Part shown: piece after piece, positions 28,053-37,952 of the stretch
How the letters are laid out: each line of letters opens with the position of its first letter
Numbering within the stretch: the first letter of the stretch is position 1
Assembly: GCA_003231645.1 (NCBI GenBank)
Contig: QIIW01000108.1
Coordinates: forward strand, 2,443-66,442
DNA: 64,000 bases
Source: Acidimicrobiia bacterium
GTDB lineage: Bacteria > Actinomycetota > Acidimicrobiia > Acidimicrobiales > Aldehydirespiratoraceae
Reading direction: 5' to 3'
Made by a program: the position numbers and the translations under genes
The notes under the pieces: generated by a model
Seen by the model: only the letters and a program-made list of their open reading frames with translations
Told to the model about the DNA's origin: nothing
Databases searched by the model: none

Positions 28053-28970
28053 ATGCGGATAAGCATCAACGGCAGCACCAGCCTTCTCAACGCCGACGTC
28101 GACGAGGCCATCGCCCACGCTGCCCAGGCCGCGGCCGACGGCCTCAGCGGCTGGTGGCTCGCGCAAACCGGCCTGGTCGATGCCCTTACCGTGCTGGCCG
28201 TGGCGGCGCCCGTTGCTCCCGACCTGGAGCTCGGCACCGCCGTCGTCGCGACCTTCCCGATCCACCCGACCGCCCTCGCCGCCAAAGCCCTCACCACCCA
28301 GGCCATCACCGGCGGCCGGCTCACCCTCGGAATCGGTGTCAACCACGCTCCGATCGTCGAGGAAGTCTGGGGACAGAGTTTCGACAAGCCGATCCGCCAC
28401 GTCATTGACTACCTCACCGGCCTCCAGGGCTTGCTCGACGAGGGCAAGGTCAACTATTCGGGTGAAGCCTTCACCACCCGCTTCGAGGGCACGCGGCCCA
28501 CTGACAATCCGCCGCGTGTCCTGCTCGCGGCGATGGGCACCCAGATGCTTCGCGTCGCCGGCAAGCGCACCGATGGCACCCTCCTGTGGATGACCGGCCC
28601 CAAGACCATCGCCGGCCACATCTCCCCCGTCATCCGCCGGGCCGCCGACGAGGCGGGCCGTCCCGAGCCTCGGGTCATCTGTTCGCTGCCGATTTCCGTC
28701 ACCGACGACGAGGCGGGCATGCGTCGGTTCGTCGACTCGGTGTTCTCCCGCTACGGCGAACTGCCCAGCTACCGCGCCATGCTCGACCGCGAGGGGGTCG
28801 CCGGCCCCGGCGACGCCATGGTCTGCGGCAACGAAGACTCGGTCCGAGAGCAACTGGCGGCAATCGCCACGGCCGGCGCCACAGAATTCTCCGCCGCGGA
28901 GATCGGCGCCAATCCCGACGACTACGCCCGCACCCGCGCCCTCCTCGCCGACGTCAACGACGAGAGCTGA
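28053..28970 (+). CDS. LLM class (probably F420-dependent) oxidoreductase
   Basis: AAGGAG RBS; ELGTAVV, GGRLTLGIG, LLAAMG, YGELPSYRAMLDREG. Confidence 0.88.
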   Translation: MRISINGSTSLLNADVDEAIAHAAQAAADGLSGWWLAQTGLVDALTVLAVAAPVAPDLELGTAVVATFPIHPTALAAKALTTQAITGGRLTLGIGVNHAPIVEEVWGQSFDKPIRHVIDYLTGLQGLLDEGKVNYSGEAFTTRFEGTRPTDNPPRVLLAAMGTQMLRVAGKRTDGTLLWMTGPKTIAGHISPVIRRAADEAGRPEPRVICSLPISVTDDEAGMRRFVDSVFSRYGELPSYRAMLDREGVAGPGDAMVCGNEDSVREQLAAIATAGATEFSAAEIGANPDDYARTRALLADVNDES

Positions 28971-29033
28971 CTATCCATTATCCTGTGGAGCGCGGGATCC
29001 TCGGAGCCGGCACCACACCCACAAGGAGCATTC

Positions 29034-29111
29034 GTGAAGGTCGCGGTCATCTACAAAACTCGCACCGGCAACGCCGCACGCGCCACCGAGGGTGCCGGCG
29101 TAGCAGGCTGA
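29034..29111 (+). pseudogene. Truncated flavodoxin N-terminus (25 aa remnant)
   Basis: AAGGAG RBS, then MKVAVIYKTRTGNAARATE followed by an early stop; resembles the flavodoxin IYxSxTGNTxxxAE loop. Confidence 0.55.
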
Positions 29112-29119
29112 GGTCCACC

Positions 29120-29488
29120 GTGAGAGTCCACCTGCAAGGAATCGCACTGTTGGCAACCGTGATGCTGCTGCTGCTCGGTGTGGCACGATGGGCCGCCCCG
29201 GTGCTCCAGGAAGCGCTCGGCCCCGAGGGTGCCATCCAGTCCACCAGTTCGCCCGACCCCCCGATCGGATCGCCCGACGCCATCGCCGATCTGCCTCTCA
29301 CCCCCGACGAGGTGGTCCAACTTCAAACGATCCTCGAGTCGATCAACTACGACGTCGGCGACATCGACGGCATAATCGGACCCAACACCAGAGCCGAGAT
29401 CAAGCAGGTCGAGCTCGATCTGAGAATGCCGGCAGGCACCTCCAACAGAAAGTTGCTGGAACGCCTGATCGTGCTCACCACCAACTGA
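29120..29488 (+). CDS. Small membrane-anchored protein with peptidoglycan-binding domain
   Basis: N-terminal TM; EVVQLQTILESINYDVGDIDGIIGPNTRAEIK resembles PG_binding_1. Confidence 0.75.
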   Translation: MRVHLQGIALLATVMLLLLGVARWAAPVLQEALGPEGAIQSTSSPDPPIGSPDAIADLPLTPDEVVQLQTILESINYDVGDIDGIIGPNTRAEIKQVELDLRMPAGTSNRKLLERLIVLTTN

Positions 29489-29617
29489 GCGGCCGAGGTC
29501 GCTGCGTGACGACATGTCGGCCGCCGGTGGCATCCGGTCGATGACCGGCGGATGCGCGACACTGTCGGGGCATTGGGAATTCCGAGGTGTCAGACGCCGT
29601 TTCAGTCATCCGGAGGG

Positions 29618-30448
29618 ATGATGACGCAAGCGACACTCGAGCAGCCGAACTCGGCGCGTGCCACGAGTCGTGGCCGATCCGGCCTGCTCGCGGGCCGCGA
29701 AATGGCCCTGATTGCTTTCGGCCTCATCGCCTACCGAACGGTTCGATTCTGGGTCAAGGATCAGGTCTCGGAGGCGTTCAGCAACGCCCACCGGGTGATG
29801 GGCTGGGAGAGAGCCATAGGCATCTTCACCGAGGTCGACCTTCAATCGACGGTGCTCGGCAACCGCACGATCATCATGGCCCTCAATCGCTACTACTTCA
29901 TCGCCCACTTCCTGGGGGCGGCTCTGCTGCTGACGTGGCTCTTCATCCGCCATCGCGACATCTACGGACGGATTCGCCGAGTGCTGTTCGCGGTCACGAC
30001 CGGCGCGCCGGCCCTCCACGTCGTGTTCCCGCTCGCTCCCCCCAGATGGTTCCCCGAGTTCGGGTTCGTTGACACCCTCCAGACGTACGGGCCGAAGATC
30101 TACGACAGCGAGACCTTCACTTCGGCCGCCAACCAGATCGCCGCCATGCCGTCCCTTCATGTCGCGTGGGCGATCATCGCGGCATGGGCGATCGTCACCG
30201 CCCTCCACAGCAGGTGGCGGTGGGTGGCGGTGGCCCACCCGATCATGATGATCCTCGCGGTTATCGTCACCGCCAACCATTGGTGGCTCGATGTCGCGGT
30301 TGCTCTCCTTCTCGTGGTCACTGCGTCGCTGGCCGACCGTCCGCTGCAGCGATTCCTCGAAGCACGCACCATTCGCCGTGACGCTTCACTTGCCGAACCG
30401 GCCGGCCACATCCGACTGGTGGGGTCGCGTACCCCGAGCACGGATTGA
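29618..30448 (+). CDS. PAP2 family / Aur1-like membrane phosphotransferase
   Basis: FPLAPPRW, NQIAAMPSLHVAW, TANHWWLD. Confidence 0.88.
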   Translation: MMTQATLEQPNSARATSRGRSGLLAGREMALIAFGLIAYRTVRFWVKDQVSEAFSNAHRVMGWERAIGIFTEVDLQSTVLGNRTIIMALNRYYFIAHFLGAALLLTWLFIRHRDIYGRIRRVLFAVTTGAPALHVVFPLAPPRWFPEFGFVDTLQTYGPKIYDSETFTSAANQIAAMPSLHVAWAIIAAWAIVTALHSRWRWVAVAHPIMMILAVIVTANHWWLDVAVALLLVVTASLADRPLQRFLEARTIRRDASLAEPAGHIRLVGSRTPSTD

Positions 30449-30449
30449 C

Positions 30450-31121
30450 GTGGCGTCGGTCGAGAAACTCCCCGAGCCCGACGGGTCCCTCGCCTACGAG
30501 CCCGACCATCCGGTCGATTTCGCCATGTGTCCAATGTGGGTGAAAACGATCACCCGCCGAAAGGGCATCCACTGGTGGGGCACCAACACCCCGACCGGTC
30601 CGGCGATCACCGCGTTTCGCGCCGCCGGCGGTTCGGTCAGGGCCGACTCGTGGGGACCCGGCACCGACTGGGCACTGACCCGTCTCCCGTCGCTCCTCGG
30701 GCAGGACGACGACCCATCCGACTTCCGGCCACTGTCCCCCGAGGTCGAGGCCATCGCGGCGCGTTTCCCGAACCCCAGGGTCGGGGCCACCGGCCGTTGG
30801 TACGAAGCGTTGGCCACTCTGGCCATCGGCCAGCGGGTGGTCCGCGCCGATGCCCAGCGGTCCCGGACCCAACTGGCCCGTCGTTTCGGCACCGTGATCC
30901 CCGGCGGTGACCCCGACGCGGTACCGCTCGGAGATCTGCACCTACCGCGGATGGTCACCTACGCACTGTCGGGCCGGGAAGGAGACGACAACCGAATGCT
31001 CGAATTGTTGGAGCCGTACCGGGGGCACCGCATGCGCGTGATCAGGATGGTGAAGCCGGCCGGCGTCGGTCCGGCCCGCCGCCGACCTCAGCCCAGCCGT
31101 CACGACATCAGCCGGATCTGA
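30450..31121 (+). CDS. AlkA-like DNA-3-methyladenine glycosylase homolog with apparent internal deletion (possible pseudogene)
   Basis: WGPG, LLGQDDDP, EALATLAIGQRV...A...RRFG joined directly to GDPDAVPLGDLHLP...MLELLEPYRGHR; no HhH (LPGVGxWT) motif. Confidence 0.7.
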   Translation: MASVEKLPEPDGSLAYEPDHPVDFAMCPMWVKTITRRKGIHWWGTNTPTGPAITAFRAAGGSVRADSWGPGTDWALTRLPSLLGQDDDPSDFRPLSPEVEAIAARFPNPRVGATGRWYEALATLAIGQRVVRADAQRSRTQLARRFGTVIPGGDPDAVPLGDLHLPRMVTYALSGREGDDNRMLELLEPYRGHRMRVIRMVKPAGVGPARRRPQPSRHDISRI

Positions 31122-31181
31122 TCGCGGTGACGCTCGACGGCCGAGGGCACCGCCGGCGCTGCTGGGTTGTATTGTCCGGCC

Positions 31182-31763
31182 ATGAGCGACACATCACATT
31201 TCGGACCACTGGCCCAACTGGCGGGAGAATGGGAAGGCAGCAGCGGCACCGACGTCTCCCATCACCATGCCGACGACAAGGCCGGCGACACCAGCTACCG
31301 CGAGCACATCACGTTCAAACCGTTCGGACCGGTCGACAACGGATCACAGCGCCTCTACGGCCTCGACTACAAGATGGCGGCATGGCGCCTGGGCGAGGAC
31401 GACCCGTTCCACACCGAGATCGGCTACTGGCTCTGGGACAGCGAACTCGAGCACGTCATACGTGGATTCGTGATCCCCCGCGGGTCGGTCATACTCGCCG
31501 GCGGCGAAGTGGCCCCTGATGCCACGTCGTTCACGCTGAGGGCCGAGGCCGACAGCGACGAGTACGGCATCTGTTCCAACACCTATCTGATCGAGAACGC
31601 CCGTTGCACATCCTACGTGTACAACGTCTCGGTCGACGGCGACACGCTCACCTACGACCAGGATTCGGTCCTGTCGATGAACGAGTACGACGAGCCCTAT
31701 CACCACACCGATGCCAACACCCTGCAGCGGGTCACCACCTTCGAGATCCCGCCGCCGGCCTGA
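31182..31763 (+). CDS. Nitrobindin/FABP-like heme-binding beta-barrel protein
   Basis: GPLAQLAGEWEG, NGSQRLYGLDY, FHTEIGYWLWD, HHTDANTL. Confidence 0.85.
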   Translation: MSDTSHFGPLAQLAGEWEGSSGTDVSHHHADDKAGDTSYREHITFKPFGPVDNGSQRLYGLDYKMAAWRLGEDDPFHTEIGYWLWDSELEHVIRGFVIPRGSVILAGGEVAPDATSFTLRAEADSDEYGICSNTYLIENARCTSYVYNVSVDGDTLTYDQDSVLSMNEYDEPYHHTDANTLQRVTTFEIPPPA

Positions 31764-31832
31764 GCACCGATATCGGGGGCATCGGCGAGCTGTTTGACGG
31801 TCGTTGTGTAGCGCCCGACCGGCGCACGGGCC

Positions 31833-32942
31833 ATGATGCCTGGGATGACTGACACACGAGCACATCCATCCCTTCCGCCCTCGTTGCTGTCGCCCGATTT
31901 CACCTCGGCGCGGGTTGCGTTCATGGGTACGGCGATCGCGTCGGGTGGGGCGATCGAACACATCCGCCATCCGCTCACCGGGCCCGTCGGCGAGACCCTC
32001 GGCATCGACATCGCCGAGTTCGGCCCGGCCGACGCCGACTCGATGCTGATGATCGTGTCGGGAACCCACGGAGTGGAGGGTTACTGCGGATCCGCCCTCC
32101 AGACCCATTGGCTCGACGGCCAACTCGCCACACGACCGCCCGGTGTCAGAATGGTGTTCGTCCACGCGCTGAACCCTCACGGTTTCGCGTGGGTACGCCG
32201 GGTCAACGAGGACAACGTCGACCTCAACCGCAATTTCATCGACTGGTCGCAGCCGGCCCCGGTCAATCCCGGGTACGACGAGATCGCCGACCTCTTGGTA
32301 CCCGAGTCCTGGTCGACCGAGGAACAGGAACGCACCACCAATGCCCTTCTGGAGCGTGCCGCCACCGACGGCATGGACAGGCTGCAGGCCGACGTGAGCG
32401 GCGGCCAGTACAACCACCCCACCGGCGTCTTCTACGGCGGGAGCGGGCCGACATGGTCCCACGACCGGCTCCGTGAGATCTGCGCGGCCCGGGTCGGATC
32501 AGCCTCGAGGGTCGGGATCATCGACCTCCACACCGGACTCGGGGAGTGGGGACACGGAGAACTGATCGGCCACCATCCATCGAACCATCCGGCCCACCAG
32601 CGGGCGGTTGAGTGGTGGGGTGACGTCATGTCGATGGTCGACGGGGCCAGCGTGTCGGCCAGCCTGGACGGCGACTGGTTGGTGCGGGCCGAACAGTGGC
32701 TGGGTGACGTCGAGGTCACCGCCGCGGCCCTCGAGTACGGCACGGTCGACATGGTGAGCGTGTTGCAGTCGCTTCGAGCCGACGCCTGGCTCCACACTCA
32801 CGGCGACCTCACCGGCGAGGAGGCCACGGCCATCCGGGCCCAGGTCAGGGCAGCGTTCGCCGACGACAACCCGGCGTGGCTGGTGCCCGTGTGGTCGCGC
32901 TTCGTCGAAGTCGTGAACAATGCCTTCGTCGCCCTGTCGTGA
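31833..32942 (+). CDS. M14-like zinc metallopeptidase (DUF2817)
   Basis: SGTHGVEG, RRVNEDNVDLNRNF, DLHTGLG, LEYGT. Confidence 0.87.
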   Translation: MMPGMTDTRAHPSLPPSLLSPDFTSARVAFMGTAIASGGAIEHIRHPLTGPVGETLGIDIAEFGPADADSMLMIVSGTHGVEGYCGSALQTHWLDGQLATRPPGVRMVFVHALNPHGFAWVRRVNEDNVDLNRNFIDWSQPAPVNPGYDEIADLLVPESWSTEEQERTTNALLERAATDGMDRLQADVSGGQYNHPTGVFYGGSGPTWSHDRLREICAARVGSASRVGIIDLHTGLGEWGHGELIGHHPSNHPAHQRAVEWWGDVMSMVDGASVSASLDGDWLVRAEQWLGDVEVTAAALEYGTVDMVSVLQSLRADAWLHTHGDLTGEEATAIRAQVRAAFADDNPAWLVPVWSRFVEVVNNAFVALS

Positions 32943-33006
32943 CCACGAATCACCTGGATCACCGACTCGGCACCACCGCACCGATCGCAGCCGAGGTAGC
33001 CCACCG

Positions 33007-33723
33007 ATGAGCAACCGACCGGGTAGGAAGATCTCCCGCCAGAACGCACGCCACCCTGAGCACCGCAAGTCCGGCCGCCCATCCGTGGATCGGCGGGCTC
33101 TGATCGGGATCGGCGCGATGGCCGCGGTGATCGTGGTCATCGGCATCGTGGTGGCCCTCGCCGGCAAGGATTCGGGTCAGCAGGCCATCACCCAGACCAG
33201 CAACTCGGTCCAAATACACGGTGAGCCGCTCCCCACCTTCACCGGCCCCGGCACCGGTACCGATCCGGCCATCGGCATGACCGCACCCGGGTTCACGACC
33301 ACCGACTTCGATGGTGTCAGCCATGAGATCGCCGGTCACGGTGGACCGACCGACACGGCCAAGATCGTCGGCATCTTTGCCCACTGGTGCCCGCACTGCC
33401 AAAAAGAGGTTCCGATCGTGTCGAAGTGGCTCAAGGAGAATCAACTCCCGGATCGGGTCGAGGTGGTACCGGTCTCGAGCCTGGTGGATTCGAGCCGGGG
33501 CAACTACCCACCGTCGAGTTGGTTCCGGTCGGTCGACTGGCCCGGGCCGGTACTCAAGGACTCCGCCTCCAACCAGATCGCCGAAGCCTTCGGTCTGTCA
33601 AGCGTCCCCTACTGGGTGGTGCTGAGTCCTGACAACAAAGTCCTCGATCGGCAGTCGGGCGAGATCGGTGCCACCGGATTCGCCGATCTCGTCAAGATGG
33701 CGGCCGCCAGTCTCACCGGCTGA
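33007..33723 (+). CDS. Membrane-anchored TlpA/thioredoxin-like disulfide oxidoreductase
   Basis: N-terminal TM, AHWCPHC, cis-Pro loop SVPYW. Confidence 0.85.
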   Translation: MSNRPGRKISRQNARHPEHRKSGRPSVDRRALIGIGAMAAVIVVIGIVVALAGKDSGQQAITQTSNSVQIHGEPLPTFTGPGTGTDPAIGMTAPGFTTTDFDGVSHEIAGHGGPTDTAKIVGIFAHWCPHCQKEVPIVSKWLKENQLPDRVEVVPVSSLVDSSRGNYPPSSWFRSVDWPGPVLKDSASNQIAEAFGLSSVPYWVVLSPDNKVLDRQSGEIGATGFADLVKMAAASLTG

Positions 33724-33747
33724 CTGGTTCCCGTGCGACACTGAGGC

Positions 33748-35172
33748 ATGGGCAAAACCGACGCCGGTCCGACTCCACCGGCCCGCAGGATCTTCTGTAA
33801 CCGCACGCTCAATCTGCGGGGCGTGAAGGCCATCGGCTACGACATGGACTACACACTCATCCACTACTACGTCGACGAGTGGGAGCGGGCGGCGTTCGAA
33901 CACGCCAGGTCGTACCTCAGCGACCTGGACTGGCCGGTCGACGAACTCGTATTCGACCCTCATGCCTTCACTCTCGGACTCACCTTCGATCTCGATCTGG
34001 GCAATCTCGTCAAGGCCACCCGGTTCGGCTACGTGATGAGGGCCCGCCACGGCGCCCGGATGCTCGACTTCGACCAGCAACGGCGAACCTACTTCGGCAC
34101 CGTCATCGACCTGTCCGAAGACCGGTTCGAGTTCATGAACACGCTGTTCGAACTGAGCCGCGCCGCTTTGTGGACCCAGCTCGTCGACCTCCACGACCAA
34201 GCCTCCTTACCGGGTATCAGCTCCTACGCACGGCTCTACCGTGCGATCGACGAAGCACTTTCGGCGGCCCACATCGAGGGTGCCCTGAAGACCGCCATCA
34301 TCGCCGACCCCGAGCGCTTCGTGGCTCTCGACCCGGCTGTCGCCGAGACCCTGCGCGACCAGCGCCTGGCCGGCAAGGAATTGCTGCTCATCACCAACTC
34401 GGAATGGTCGTACACCCAGCAGATGATGTCGTGGAGTTTCGACCGTTTCATGCCGAGTGGTGAGACCTGGCGTGACCTGTTCGACATCGTGATCGTGGCC
34501 GCGGCGAAACCACGATTCTTCTCGGAGAAGGGCCCGATCTATCGGATCGTCGACACCGACCGCGGATTGCTCGAGCCACACTGGGGTCGGCTGGTACCGG
34601 GCGAGATCTACCACGGTGGCAACGCCTCGATGGTCGAGGACTCGCTCGGCCATGATCCGGCCCAGCATCTCTACGTCGGTGACCACCTCTTCGGCGACGT
34701 CCACGTCACCAAGGACCTCCTTCGATGGCGGACCTGCCTGATCACCCGGGAGCTCGAGGCCGAGATCGAGGCCGCCACCGAGTTCGCCGACTCCGAGCGT
34801 CGCCTCGAGTCGATGATGGCCGAGAAGATCCGGCTCGAGCATCGTCACTCCCGGCTCCGCCTCGGCCGCAGGGTCCGGGTGGTCGAGGGGACACCACACG
34901 ATCGTATCGACGCCGACATCGACGCGACCGCCCGGGCGATCGAGGCCATCGATGCGCGTATCGCGCCGATCGCCAAGGCCGCCACCGAACAGGGAAACCC
35001 CACGTGGGGTCCGCTCATGCGAGCCGGCGTCGACAAGAGCCTGTTCGCCCGCCAAGTCGAGAAGTACGCCGACGTCTACACGAGCCGGGTCTCCAATTTC
35101 GCCGCGGAGACCCCCTACGCGTACCTGCGGGCCGCCCGAGGCTCGCTACCCCACGACAGTATCGGCGACTGA
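33748..35172 (+). CDS. HAD-IG family 5'-nucleotidase (cN-II-like)
   Basis: IFCNRTLNL, GYDMDYTL, LITNS, KPRFF, YVGDHLFGDV, YADVYTSRVSN. Confidence 0.92.
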   Translation: MGKTDAGPTPPARRIFCNRTLNLRGVKAIGYDMDYTLIHYYVDEWERAAFEHARSYLSDLDWPVDELVFDPHAFTLGLTFDLDLGNLVKATRFGYVMRARHGARMLDFDQQRRTYFGTVIDLSEDRFEFMNTLFELSRAALWTQLVDLHDQASLPGISSYARLYRAIDEALSAAHIEGALKTAIIADPERFVALDPAVAETLRDQRLAGKELLLITNSEWSYTQQMMSWSFDRFMPSGETWRDLFDIVIVAAAKPRFFSEKGPIYRIVDTDRGLLEPHWGRLVPGEIYHGGNASMVEDSLGHDPAQHLYVGDHLFGDVHVTKDLLRWRTCLITRELEAEIEAATEFADSERRLESMMAEKIRLEHRHSRLRLGRRVRVVEGTPHDRIDADIDATARAIEAIDARIAPIAKAATEQGNPTWGPLMRAGVDKSLFARQVEKYADVYTSRVSNFAAETPYAYLRAARGSLPHDSIGD

Positions 35173-35253
35173 GCCATCGTGGGGTCGCGGTTCTCGGAGT
35201 GCAATACGCCACCAATGAGAGCAATCGGGACGAACGGGCGTTTCACTGATGCG

Positions 35254-37506
35254 ATGCTCGTCAGGTTGTCTCGTTGGTGTTTCAAGAACCGCTGGCTGAC
35301 CATCGGCGCATGGGTCATAGCCCTCGTCGTGATGATCGGTTCGGGAAAGGCCGTCGGATCGGCGTTCAGCGGCGGCCACGTGCCGCCCGGGTCGGAATCG
35401 TCACGAGGCTTCGAAGTGCTCGACCGGTATTTCGGTGGTCTCGGCGCCGGACCCACCGGAACGATCGTTTTCAAGGCCGATCAGGGCGTCGACGACCCCG
35501 CGGTCGTGGTCGCCATGACGACGATGTTCGACAAGGTGTCCCAGATCCACGGGGTCACGGTCTCGGGCCCCTACAGGGGGCGGGGCGGCGGAATCTCGGC
35601 CGATGGAACGATCGCCTATGCCACCGTCGACCTCGGATCCTCACTCGACCGAAGTGAGTCCGAACCGATCGGCGCCGAGATCGCGACGCTGCGCCCCCAT
35701 CTCCAGGGGTTGCAGGTCGAGATCGGTGGCGATGCATTCGCTTCGGTCTCCCCACCGAATTCCGAGCTGATCGGTTTGTCGTTCGCGGTGATTGTCCTCA
35801 TCGTCTCCACCGGTTCGGTGCTGGCGATGGGCTTGCCGATCGCGCTGGCGTTGGCCGGTGTGGGAACCGGAACCGGCATGATCCTGCTCCTGTCCAACGT
35901 GACGTCGATCCCTGACTTCGCCACCACGCTTGCCGCCATGATCGGGCTCGGCGTTGGCATCGACTACGCGCTCTTCATGGTCACCCGCTACCGCGAGAAC
36001 CTCCACTTGGGCATGTCACCCATCGAGGCGACCGCGGCCTCCGTCAACACCGCCGGCCGGGCCGTTCTGTTCGCCGGCGGAACCGTCGTGATCTCGTTGT
36101 TGGGTCTCCTACTGATGGGGCTCCCGTTCATTGCCGGTCTCGGGATCGCCGCGGCCACGACCGTGCTGCTCACGGTCATCGCGTCGATGACGCTTCTGCC
36201 TGCGCTCCTCGGCCTGGCTCAGGGCCGGATCGAGGTGACCCGCTACCGCGGCCTGATCGCCGCCGCCTTGGTTGCGATCACCCTGGTCGGTGTCGGGCTC
36301 GGAGCGAAGGTTCTGATGATCGGCGTGCCGATCGCGTTGGTAGTCCTGCTGGCTGGATTCTTCGTCGCTCCACTCCGCCGCGTGGTTCCGGCCCGCAAGG
36401 TGAAGCCGCTTCGCGAGACCGTGTCCTACAGATGGAGTCGCCTGATCCAGTCGAGGCCGTGGACTGCTGCCCTCGGCGGCGCCGCGGTGCTGCTGATTTT
36501 CGCGATTCCGGTTCTCGGCATCCGTCTCGGGTTCTCCGACGAGGGCAACTTCGCCCCCAATACCACCACCCGCAAGGCCTACGACCTCACCGCCCAAGGA
36601 TTCGGCCCCGGTTTCAACGGCCCGCTTCTGCTCACGGTCGAGATCGGGTCACCATCCGACGTCGCCGCGGTTCCCGGTCTCGCCCGGGCTATCGCCGCCG
36701 GCCCCGATGTTGCGGTGGTCTCACCACCGATGCCCAACGACCCGACCGCTCCCAGAGCGTTCATCATCCGGGTGGTGCCCAAGTCGTCGCCGCAGTCCCA
36801 GGCGACCCGGGACCTCATCAACCGTCTGCGTGACGATGTCGTTCCGGCGGCAACCGTCGGCACCGGCCTGGTGGTCTCGGTGTCGGGTCAGACCGCCGCG
36901 AGCATCGACTTCTCGAACTTTCTCGGAGGCCGCATGTCGGTCTTCTTCGGGGCCGTACTGCTCTTGTCGTTCATCCTGCTGATGGCGGTGTTCCGCTCGC
37001 TGCTCGTGCCGCTGAAGGCGGTCATCATGAACCTGCTGTCGATCGGTGCTGCCTACGGGGTGATAGTCGCGGTCTTCCAATGGGGCTGGTTGTCGAACCT
37101 CACCAAGGTGCAACCGGCCCCGATCGAACCGTTCATCCCAATGATGATGTTCGCCATCGTGTTCGGATTGTCGATGGACTACGAGGTCTTCCTCCTGTCG
37201 AGGGTCCGCGAGGAATTCGACAGGTCGGGCGACCCGGTCACTTCGGTGGCCGATGGCCTGGCGGCAACGGCCCGTGTCATCACCGCCGCGGCCGCCATCA
37301 TGGTCGTCGTGTTCGGGAGCTTCATGTTCGAGGACAATCGTATCGTCGAGCTGTTCGGGGTCGGGCTGGCCACGGCCATCGCCGTCGACGCCACGCTGGT
37401 GAGGATGCTGTTGGTGCCCGCCACCATGGAACTGCTCGGGGCACGAAACTGGTGGATCCCAAAATGGCTCGACCGCATCATCCCCAAACTCAACGTAGAG
37501 AACTGA
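35254..37506 (+). CDS. MMPL family transporter
   Basis: GVGIDYALF..RYRE, GFGPGFNGPL, FGLSMDYEVFLLSR, DATLVRMLLVPA. Confidence 0.94.
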   Translation: MLVRLSRWCFKNRWLTIGAWVIALVVMIGSGKAVGSAFSGGHVPPGSESSRGFEVLDRYFGGLGAGPTGTIVFKADQGVDDPAVVVAMTTMFDKVSQIHGVTVSGPYRGRGGGISADGTIAYATVDLGSSLDRSESEPIGAEIATLRPHLQGLQVEIGGDAFASVSPPNSELIGLSFAVIVLIVSTGSVLAMGLPIALALAGVGTGTGMILLLSNVTSIPDFATTLAAMIGLGVGIDYALFMVTRYRENLHLGMSPIEATAASVNTAGRAVLFAGGTVVISLLGLLLMGLPFIAGLGIAAATTVLLTVIASMTLLPALLGLAQGRIEVTRYRGLIAAALVAITLVGVGLGAKVLMIGVPIALVVLLAGFFVAPLRRVVPARKVKPLRETVSYRWSRLIQSRPWTAALGGAAVLLIFAIPVLGIRLGFSDEGNFAPNTTTRKAYDLTAQGFGPGFNGPLLLTVEIGSPSDVAAVPGLARAIAAGPDVAVVSPPMPNDPTAPRAFIIRVVPKSSPQSQATRDLINRLRDDVVPAATVGTGLVVSVSGQTAASIDFSNFLGGRMSVFFGAVLLLSFILLMAVFRSLLVPLKAVIMNLLSIGAAYGVIVAVFQWGWLSNLTKVQPAPIEPFIPMMMFAIVFGLSMDYEVFLLSRVREEFDRSGDPVTSVADGLAATARVITAAAAIMVVVFGSFMFEDNRIVELFGVGLATAIAVDATLVRMLLVPATMELLGARNWWIPKWLDRIIPKLNVEN

Positions 37507-37515
37507 ACCGGCTGT

Positions 37516-37890
37516 TCAGTCTTGGTCGCGGCCTCTCAGCCGATCGATTTCGCGTCGTTCCCGTTTGGTGGGCCGACCCGCCCCGCGGTCCCGTCGAGCG
37601 AACACGACCGTGTCGGCGAGCGTCCTGGCAACCGGCGGCGGAGACCGATCCTCGATACAATCGGCGGCTCTCGCCGCCGAGACCCGGCGCTCGATCGTCA
37701 GTACCACCACATAGACGAGTTGGCGGTCGCGACGGTTGGCAATCACCACATCGCCAGGTTCGATCCTGGTGGCCGGCTTGGCGACCAGGTCGTTGACCAG
37801 CACCCGGCCATTGCCGCATGCCTCGTTGGCCTTGGTACGAGTCTTGAAGGCCCTCACGGCCCACAGCCACTTGTCGACACGCACCGGCAT
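37516..37890 (-). CDS. hslR: S4 RNA-binding domain protein (Hsp15-like)
   Basis: RVDKWLWAVRAFKTR...GRPTKRERR. Confidence 0.88.
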   Translation of the reverse strand: MPVRVDKWLWAVRAFKTRTKANEACGNGRVLVNDLVAKPATRIEPGDVVIANRRDRQLVYVVVLTIERRVSAARAADCIEDRSPPPVARTLADTVVFARRDRGAGRPTKRERREIDRLRGRDQD

Positions 37891-37952
37891 GCAAGAGTGT
37901 TGCGCACCAGCCCCTGGTTTGCCCCATCAGCAGCCGAGTACCCGCCGGTTGC

